DNA of 63,993 nucleotides, filler included, from Collodictyon triciliatum (taxonomy: Eukaryota): NCBI GenBank assembly GCA_043381765.1. It is 3 parts of 3 records of this genome, joined end to end, with 100 filler letters (N's around TTAATTAATTAA, not from the genome) between each part and the next. Parts side by side here need not be neighbours in the genome. Positions count along the whole stretch, not along the records: positions 38,545 to 63,993 come from JBHJMP010001043.1; 2 more parts are not named here. One strand, given 5' to 3'. Shown here piece by piece: positions 50,695-63,993 of the stretch. A model generated the notes under the pieces. It was not told the origin of the DNA. It made no database searches and saw nothing but the letters and a program-made list of their open reading frames with translations. Position numbers and translations under genes: made by a program. Position 1 is the stretch's first letter; every line of letters starts with the position of its first letter.

Positions 50695-51245
50695 TTTTCC
50701 CTTTATTCGATTCAAAGTGTAGCGAGGTTATGCCATACAAAGGGGCAAGATAGGTGCGCATGGGAGAGAGCAAACTCGAGTAGGAGAAGACACTACTGTA
50801 GAGAGGGTAGCACTGGAAAGAAGTCAGTGATAGCGAGCTGGTCAGGTGGGCGACCCAACTGGTTGATTGGCTGCATGGGTATCAGGGGTTGGATATGCTG
50901 CGGGAGATATCGCACGACACATTCCCACATCTCTCTTCGCTTGCGGTCAGAGTAGCGAAGAATGCGAACGTGTTTCAGCAGACTGTTCAGGAAGCTGTAT
51001 TACACGAGGCTCTCAAGCCTGGATACATTGACATCCCGTTCGGACGAATCATTAGAGCAAGAGGATGCGCACACACTCCATAAGGACCACAGCATATGTC
51101 CCCTTGTGACTGTCCAGAGTATTCTAGAGTCGTGGGTCATTTGGTATTGTGCGCCAAACAGGATGTCTGACCTGACAGATGTTTCTGAAAAATTTGCAAA
51201 GATACAGTGGTTTCTCGATACCCATCTTTGAAAAGCTCCGTGAGT
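50695..51245 (-). mobile_element. 5'-truncated, decayed non-LTR retrotransposon (L1/Tx1-like) 3' fragment
   Basis: The minus frame reads ...DILFG...RILWTVTRGHMLWSLW..., like the ORF2 tail after zf-RVT. One in-frame TAA at 51002-51000, RPPD near the end, TAG at 50795-50793, and a ~95-nt 3'UTR ending GAATCGAATAAAGGGAAAA. Confidence 0.62.
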
Positions 51246-51879
51246 GTTTAGCTACTGAAAATAAAATTTTAAAGAGCCAACACTTTACCAACCAGGAGTT
51301 TCTTGTTGATAGAAAGAATAGACTATGGCTCTAGAACAAGTTTTTATTATTGTCAGAAAAACTATGCACGACTATCTGACACAATTTGGTTTCTAAAACA
51401 GCCTGGTATTTTACTTTCTTTGCCATTACAATTTAATCAATATTTGAAGGAAATAAAAGTATCAACGATGCGCGCAGATAGAGAAGCTTCCAACACTAAT
51501 TCAACCACTCACAAATTTGAAGCTCTGGATGAAACACACTTGCAAACAAATCATAAGAAGGGCATTGTGTGGCATCTCAACACTTTCTTTCCAGAAAAAC
51601 ACAGGATATAACAATTACAAATACATCCATGCTCTGCAACTCTACGACATATGGGCACACATACATGCAAGATAGTACACGGCCAGCATACTCCGTTCTG
51701 GTCAACACCCAGATATAATCCACAACTCTGGGGAACCCGTAAAGCCGAATAATCAGCGAGTAAGCGAATCCATTCATCTTTCACATACCATTTCCTGACC
51801 AAACCAAAGGATACATATCATAACAAACAAAGCACCCATCACCTGATACATGTCTCAGAAAATATGTTGGCTTTCTTGC

Positions 51880-52380
51880 CCACATACTTTGAAAAATGGA
51901 AACACCCTGGGCGCGGCGAGTTTGGGTTGGTCTCCAAAGCACAGCTGAAGGAGAGCCTCTTCGCCGTCAAGAAGGGTGAGTGATACATCTCTATTTGCAG
52001 CTGCCAAAAGCCCTGGCCGAGAAGAAGGGCAACATAATCTTCGAGTCGCAGCACCATCCAAACACCATGATGCTCTACGACTTCAGATTCTGTGACAGCA
52101 ACCTGCTCTTTTCATAGAATGTGCGAGGGTCGAAGAGCTCTGCTTGTTCATCAAATAATGCATGGCTCTTAGATACGAATTCAGCTCAAATATGGCCTTC
52201 ATATCATCCAATGCCTTTTGTATCCGCATTCACATGCCTAAGAGTTCATCCAGTACCGTGATATAAAGACCGAGAACGTCCTGCTTGTGAACAGCATTTT
52301 CAAGATGGCCGACATCAGTCTTGCAAAAAGAGGCACCTCTGTCAACTGGATGAGCGGCTTCAAAGGTTCAAAGAACTGGT
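51880..52380 (+). pseudogene. Protein kinase pseudogene fragment, cut by the gap
   Basis: GRGEFGLV (Gly loop), FAVKK and YRDIKTENVLL...KMADISLAK (HRD>YRD, DFG>DIS), with intervening stops and frame changes. Confidence 0.68.
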
Positions 52381-52983
52381 NNNNNNNNNNNNNNNNNNNN
52401 NNNNNNNNNNNNNNNNNNNNNNNNNNNNNNNNNNNNNNNNNNNNNNNNNNNNNNNNNNNNNNNNNNNNNNNNNNNNNNNNNNNNNNNNNNNNNNNNNNNN
52501 NNNNNNNNNNNNNNNNNNNNNNNNNNNNNNNNNNNNNNNNNNNNNNNNNNNNNNNNNNNNNNNNNNNNNNNNNNNNNNNNNNNNNNNNNNNNNNNNNNNN
52601 NNNNNNNNNNNNNNNNNNNNNNNNNNNNNNNNNNNNNNNNNNNNNNNNNNNNNNNNNNNNNNNNNNNNNNNNNNNNNNNNNNNNNNNNNNNNNNNNNNNN
52701 NNNNNNNNNNNNNNNNNNNNNNNNNNNNNNNNNNNNNNNNNNNNNNNNNNNNNNNNNNNNNNNNNNNNNNNNNNNNNNNNNNNNNNNNNNNNNNNNNNNN
52801 NNNNNNNNNNNNNNNNNNNNNNNNNNNNNNNNNNNNNNNNNNNNNNNNNNNNNNNNNNNNNNNNNNNNNNNNNNNNNNNNNNNNNNNNNNNNNNNNNNNN
52901 NNNNNNNNNNNNNNNNNNNNNGGAAAATTAATTATTCAATCCTCCCGCTGCGTAGTTTTTTTTGGCTTAATGCGGCACGGCGT

Positions 52984-53093
52984 CCACGTCAGGAAGAATT
53001 TGCCACAGCAAGCCACATGCCAGCCACCCAAGCAAAACGCACAAGACACAAACGAACCAAACACCTGACGTCACGTATTCTTTCCCCACGTCA
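52984..53093. promoter_or_regulatory. Cluster of bZIP-type sites upstream of ASS1
   Basis: CCACGTCA at 52984 and 53086 (reverse complement TGACGTGG) and palindromic TGACGTCA at 53066. Confidence 0.35.
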
Positions 53094-53434
53094 TTGCAAA
53101 CATCAACCAACCAACCAAACACGCGCGAGCACCTGCGATGATAAAGTCGTGAAGCTGTGGTTACAGAACAAATCCCACACCCATTCAGACAGACTACCAC
53201 ATCACATTCCGCAGCGAGGTTTAGTGGGGGTGGTGGTGGGCACATGGAAAGGAATAACGAGATATGGGGAGACAAAGAATGGGTGGGAGCTCGATAGCAA
53301 ACAGAACGCAGAAGGCCGCGCATGGGTGGATTTTCCTTCACAGCACACCAAGCGCAACAAGTGCCTCTCTGAGCATTGTTTCTCGCTGACTGAGCAAGAC
53401 GCATGACTCCTTGCGGGCCCATAGGAAGGAAGCC

Positions 53435-56291
<2,857 letters not shown>

Positions 56292-56389
56292 AAGCGGGCC
56301 AGACACACAAACACCAGAGCGGCGGCACCGGGGCACGAGAGACACGGGGTTGTGGCCGAAGCGAGGGAGGGGGAGGGGGAGGGGGGTCT

Positions 56390-58159
56390 TTATGCCTTTG
56401 CGTACTGGTCAAGGGGGTACTTGTCGGGGTATTCGGCGAGGTGCTGGCGCATGTGGAGCTGCTGGGCCTGCAGGTGGGGCGGCAGGGTGTGGTAGACGTC
56501 TGTGAAGAGGTGGCCGATGTGGGGCTTCGGGGCGCGCTCGGCATCGCGCAGGGCCTCCAGGACGCGCGTGCGGATGGCGTCGCGGGCAGCGAGCTCCTGG
56601 GCGTCGGACCACCACGCGCGTGCGGCGAGGTAGCGGGCAAAGCGGCGGAGCGGGTTGCGCTCCTGCAGCCAGAACTGCGTCTCGTCCACGGAGCGGTAGC
56701 GCGACGCGTCGTCGGACGTGGAGTGGTGCCCGCCGCGGTAGGTCATGGCCTCCACAAGCACCGGCCGCCCCGTCTGCCGGATGTGCTGCCGCGCGTGCTG
56801 CACCGCCCGGTACACCCCGAGCGCGTCGTTGCCGTCCACCCGCAGCGTCGCCACGCCGTACCCGGGTCCGCGCCCGGCAATCCCGTCTCCGCGGTACTGG
56901 TCGCGCACGGGCGTGCTGATGGCGTATCCGTTGTTGCGGCTGCATGCGTGCGAGAGGGGGGCAGTTACGCGGCGTTAGACAAGCGCAAAGCATACAGAAA
57001 GGGCAGGGAGGAGGAATCGGGGGGCCCTGCCTCCCTTCAACCGACGCCCTCTTGTCTGGCCAATCGCCGCATTGGATTCTCCAGAGGAGACACATCGATG
57101 TACATATATACACGCAAAGTGGAAATGGTATTGGAAATGGAAAAAAAAAGAGAGAGAGAGAGAGGCAGGAATCAGAGTGATGCGCAAGGCAGAGTCGCCC
57201 TCGCTCACAAGCACACCCTACCAGAAAAAGAGGACGGGCGCCTCCAGCGTGGCGGCAAAGTTGACTGCAGCGTGGAAGTCGCCCTCGGAGGCAGCGCCCT
57301 CGCCAAAGTAGGCCACGCCGATGGCATCGCGGCCGGAAATCTTGAGGGCGTAGGCGCCACCCACGGCCTGGGGCAGCTGCGTGGCTAGCGGCGAGGAGAT
57401 GGTGTGGAAGTTGAGGGCGCGGGAGCCGTAGTGGACGGGCATCTGGCGGCCTTTGCCCAGGTCGTGCATGTTTGAGTAGCACTGGTTCATGGCGTCCTGC
57501 ACGCTGAAGCCGCGCCACAGCAGCACGCCCGCCTCCCGGTATTGCGCCCACACCACGTCCGATGCTCGCAGGGCCGCTGCGCTGCCGATGTGCGTGGCCT
57601 CCTCGCCGTACGACGTCATGTAGAACGAGATGCGCCCCTGCCGCTGCGCATCGTACAGCACGTTGTCCAGCACCTGCAGCGTCAGCATCGTCTCGTACAT
57701 CCGCACCGCCGTCTCCTGGCTCAGCTGCAACGTCCACTTTCTTTCAGTCCAAGAGGCTCTTTTCTCTCTCTCTCTTCTTTTTTTTTTCCCTTTGTTATCT
57801 TGATATTTTCTTCTTTTTTTTTCTTTTTGATTGATTCGTTTTTGACCAACTCGTCAACATCCATACCTTGGGATCATGCTCCGGCGTCCGGATCCGGCCC
57901 TCGTAGTCCAGCAGCTGGTAGCATGGAATGCCTTTGCTCTCATCGTAGTTTGTAAAGTCAAGCTTGTCAGTGAAGTTTGTCTTTGCTCCCAGGAAGCCTG
58001 CGTCGCAGCTGGCGCTGTTGTCTGCTGCGCTTGTTAGGGTCTGCGTTGAGACGAAAGAGAAGCGTGAGAATGATGTGCTGCGGGGTTGTTGTGGGCTGGG
58101 CTTACTCGGGCGCGGTTGCAGACGCTGAGTCGCAGGGAGGGCACAAGGCGAGACAACAT
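56390..58159 (-). CDS. BCKDHA: Branched-chain alpha-keto acid dehydrogenase E1 alpha, mitochondrial; 4 exons
   Basis: Presequence-like [74 protein letters not shown] and HHSTSDD. Confidence 0.96.
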
Positions 58160-58199
58160 CTGTGGGTGGCAAGGGAACGTTTCGTTTGGTGGCTCGTGG

Positions 58200-58255
<56 letters not shown>

Positions 58256-58770
58256 GTGTCGATTTCTCAGGGATGGGGAGATGATCGTCGCTTTGGTTGT
58301 TTTGAGAAAACAGGTGGCTTTGTGTCAGTGCTTCTCGGGACTTGAGACTAGGCTGCAACCACACGCAGGCAGCACAGGGATTCTCGATGTATGAACCGAC
58401 GCTTTGAAAGGTTGGACTGATCAAAGATCTGAACTGAAGATGATAAAGTCGCTATCTTTAGCGCGTGGGCATCTGGTTAAATGTGGAAATTATAAGGAAA
58501 CTGCTGTGTCTCAGCATTGGGCGCCACAAACGGCTTTCTAAAACCAAAACCTTCTAACATATTTTATATACAGACTTCAACTAGTTTTCGAACACAGACC
58601 CGTTCCCCACAAATCGACCCTTCATCATCGCTTTACGCACCTCACTTCTTTATTTCCTTTTTTTTTTCTCTCTCTCTCACTTGTTCCATCATCCACAAGC
58701 TAATCGGCTTTGGGTTTCGGTCTTTGAAGTAAATTAAAAGACCATGCACTCGCGTGGAGCGGATGGATGG

Positions 58771-60930
<2,160 letters not shown>

Positions 60931-61900
60931 AACTTGTGATATATCCAGCGGCGAATCTGCCAGCACGTCGATAGAATTGTAAGAAGGTGAGGAGTGAGAC
61001 TGTGGTGTGGTTGCGCTGTTAGGATTCACACGAACACGGAACACATCAGCAGTAGCAACAACAGCAGCGTCTCCTCGAATAAAATCGTGATTCCTTTGAG
61101 GCGTGCCTTTGTTTTCGCACATGGAGTGGGACTGTGTACGCCCACACGAAACCAGAGGCCTTGGGGCATACGAAAACACAAGGATAATGCAAATGAAACA
61201 TCTTGACCAAAGTCCAGCCATCATGCAAGCTTCTGCTTCGCGCTTGACCTGTTTTAAAAGCTTTGCTTTGTCTGAAAGCGCTTCACGCGACTGTGAGCAG
61301 GAATGACCTCTGGCCTATACTGCTGCGACCATTGTGGGAGGATAATCCGAACCGGTGGGAACCATGGCGGAAAAATAAATAAAGAAAAATATGAAGAAAA
61401 CAGAAGAAAAATAGGATGGAAAATGGTCTGTTGTATAAGTAGCGCTGTGCTATAGTAAAGAGTGGCAAACTACTCGGGCACACGGACTCTTCATTACAGG
61501 GAAGCAGCTGACTCTGTGCTCTCTGAAGACAACTTCCTTTGTGAAGCAGGTTCGCCACGCAGCGAGACCATCGCACAAGAGGACAGGGAATTTATACATG
61601 AACATAAGGAGATAAGACAGAGGCATAGAAACATCGATCCAGAAGGTTGCGGTCGGGATGTTCGGGATCGGTGTTTCGGTACGAAAAAATAGGAAAAAAA
61701 TATGTAATATAAAAGAGACTTGTGCTAAACAAGAGCACTCGAGACTACGGCACAAGGGTGAGGTAGGTAGATTTTATAATCATCTCCAGGCGGTATACTT
61801 ATTTTATGGCTTCGTTCTGCAGACCCACAGTATTCATGGATGATTTCCGATGGTATCACTTGCCCTTTGTTTTTTTCTTTATTCCTTGCGAAAGGATGAG

Positions 61901-62636
61901 TTAGTTGGATTCCTTTGGCTTTGAGGTAAATCCGATAGCCAGGTTGATGAGTTTGACAGAGACAATGAAAAATGCAGCGAGAAGGGTGGTGAGGATAATC
62001 AGCGTCCACAGACCCCACACCGGCCAGAATGAGATCATGTAGCTAGCGCAGGAAAATAGATGCTTTGGTTTAATCATAATAAATATTATGTTCGCTTTCA
62101 CACCTCTCACCAAGCATTAGATGATGTTCGACATGTGGTGGGATGCATGAAGGTTGCTTTGTATAAAACATATTGCATAACATCATAATGGGAGTACTGG
62201 GAACCAAGAGTATACTGCGAGGTATTGTATCTTACCACACAAAAGCGGCCAGAATAAGGACGACTGAGAGGACGATTTCCTTTGGACTGTCTTGGGAGGA
62301 CGTGGACGTGACCTTCTTGATGTAACCCAAGTACACAATCGTAAATGCACAAAGCGATAGACCCAGTATCGAGAACAGGTAAGCAAGTTTCAATGGTCCT
62401 CTACGCAGGATACAGTTGGTGAATTAGACCGATGGCTCGTGAATACAACAAAGGAGCAGAAAGACTCGAGATGGCATTATTATCTCATTGTTCAAAGTAT
62501 GATTTTAGTGGCGGTATTGAAAAAAAAAACGAGTTTGAGGCCACGGACGGCCCCCAAAAGCTTTCAACAAACAAATTACACTATTTTTTTATACCAACAC
62601 ATACAACGGATCAATATCTCGATGTTTCTCTAAATG

Positions 62637-62680
<44 letters not shown>

Positions 62681-62910
62681 AAAAAAATCAACCTGCGGAT
62701 GAACGGATTGTTGCCCACTTGGTTGAAGAAGTCTGTGTAGTATATCACAGCAACAGCAGAAAGGACAATTGCTGCAACCTCTATGTTTGTGCGAGTTTTG
62801 CGGCTTTCCTCTTCAAGTCTATGTCTGGCCAGGTTCGACCGCTCTGTTTCGGAGAGGGGCTGCTCGACTGATTGTCTTGGGACTCCCACTCGTTGACCAG
62901 CGCCGCTCAT
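61901..62910 (-). CDS. TMEM128-like 4-TM membrane protein; 3 exons
   Basis: Four hydrophobic segments across three in-phase exons; YYTDFF and FWPVWGLWT motifs resemble TMEM128 as recalled (not aligned). Confidence 0.65.
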
Positions 62911-63529
62911 ACTGTCCTGTTGTTTTTCTCTGGTTGTTTAATGCTTGTATTGCATGTTACTTGTGTGTCCTTTGTTCCTTTTTTTTTTTTTTGTTTGTTT
63001 ATTTGTGTATTCAACAAAGCGAATACCATATCTCCTATTTGTGGAAATGTGGCCACGTTGCATTCGTTCAGGTTTTTGGGGGCATCAAAGCCTAAAGTCT
63101 GACGTTCAGCCTTGTCGCTTGATTACTTCATCATAATGATTGTTTCTGTCTGTGTGGTTCTTCTTTTTCTTCTTTTTTTTTCACTTTGTGTCAGCATGTT
63201 CTTACCCTTGAATTTTGGAGGAATTCGCAAGCAAAATAAACGTCTCTGATTTGATGGAATTGTATTGGGATTTCGTCTTTGATGACTAAGAGGCGGTTGT
63301 CAGGTTTTTGTTCTGTGGCCTCATTTTGCGATTTAAGGCAGCCATCTGACGCTTCGTAATAAAAAGATATATCAGCTTGGCACCCAGGCAGATGCTTGTT
63401 GTTCTTTAAGGTTTTTCGTGGTAAAAGAAATATTCTGCCAATTAAATATCAGCTCCGAACAACACAAATAATATCCTATTATCAGTCATCATTCTCATTT
63501 TTAGTATAAATTTTTTTTTATTACGATAG

Positions 63530-63876
63530 GAAAATGAAATAACAAAAAAGAATCAACGTAGCAATCACAACATCGATTGCAAGAAAATTGAAGAAACGAC
63601 AAACTCGAACAGATGTGACATGAAAAAAGAAAAGATAATGCAAAAGATAGAGAGGCCCTTATTTCATAGCAGATATTTGCACGTCATCACTATTGAATAC
63701 GACACACCAAAAGATGTTTACGAAGAGAATTTCCTGTGGCTGTACAGTGGTTTGAGTCGAGTTGCAGGAATGTCCAGAACAAGAGGCGGAGGAAGGGCTG
63801 GCATGGAAATGGGGTGGGTCCGCTGCAGTCTGTCAAATAGTGTGATTACTACCTTATTTTTGGAACTAGTAGACCG
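63530..63876 (+). CDS. Possible exon of an unidentified gene that continues beyond the window
   Basis: Open frame of about 115 codons between a TAG acceptor (63529) and a GTATGA donor (63877); no recognisable domain. Confidence 0.3.
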
Positions 63877-63887
63877 TATGATATTAC

Positions 63888-63993
63888 AATAAACCAATAA
63901 ACCAATAAACCAATAAACCAATAAACCAATAAACCAATAAACCAATAAACCAATAAACCAATAAACCAATAAACCAATAAACCAATAAACCAA
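63888..63993. repeat. (AATAAACC)n
   Basis: Read directly from the sequence; runs to the window end. Confidence 0.95.

Noticed and set aside
56409-57737. Long alternative-frame and antisense ORFs over BCKDHA and ASS1
   Set aside because: They are by-products of high GC3 (few stop codons) and have no recognisable domains.
63888-63993. (AATAAACC)n as a telomere
   Set aside because: It starts just after a GT donor like the other intronic repeats, and the C-rich strand is the wrong orientation for a right-hand chromosome end.

Overview
Eukaryotic (probably protist) scaffold window with an AT-rich background, many short spliceosomal introns and abundant microsatellites. There are three N-gaps; two contain an artificial TTAATTAATTAA linker, so adjacency across them is uncertain. 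I reconstructed about 17 intron-containing genes by eye: U2AF65 (5'-partial), a head-to-head pair of ABCG half-transporters, an LRR protein, a PH-domain Diaphanous-type formin, a PB1-ZZ (p62/NBR1-like) protein, RPL34 with an intronic C/D snoRNA, an LRR-PP2C, a Myb/SANT protein, an HS6ST-like sulfotransferase, an RCC1-repeat protein, a GpsA-type G3PDH, a TTP/ZFP36-like CCCH protein, ASS1, BCKDHA, pirin and TMEM128-like. There is also a kinase pseudogene and a decayed LINE 3' fragment. Most notable: (1) the 3' tip of that LINE (TCGAATAAAGG...A-rich) recurs as 17-30 nt micro-insertions with 13-20 bp target-site duplications inside introns, and one of them duplicated a splice donor; (2) in the divergent ABCG pair one partner lacks both the catalytic Glu and the switch His, suggesting an ABCG5/G8-like asymmetric heterodimer; (3) an HS6ST-like enzyme in an apparently non-animal genome; (4) a formin FH1 built from symmetric phase-1 mini-exons; (5) an AG|GTAAGA ratchet or poison site in the TTP-like gene. 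All exon boundaries and family calls are manual inferences, with no alignments or searches run.
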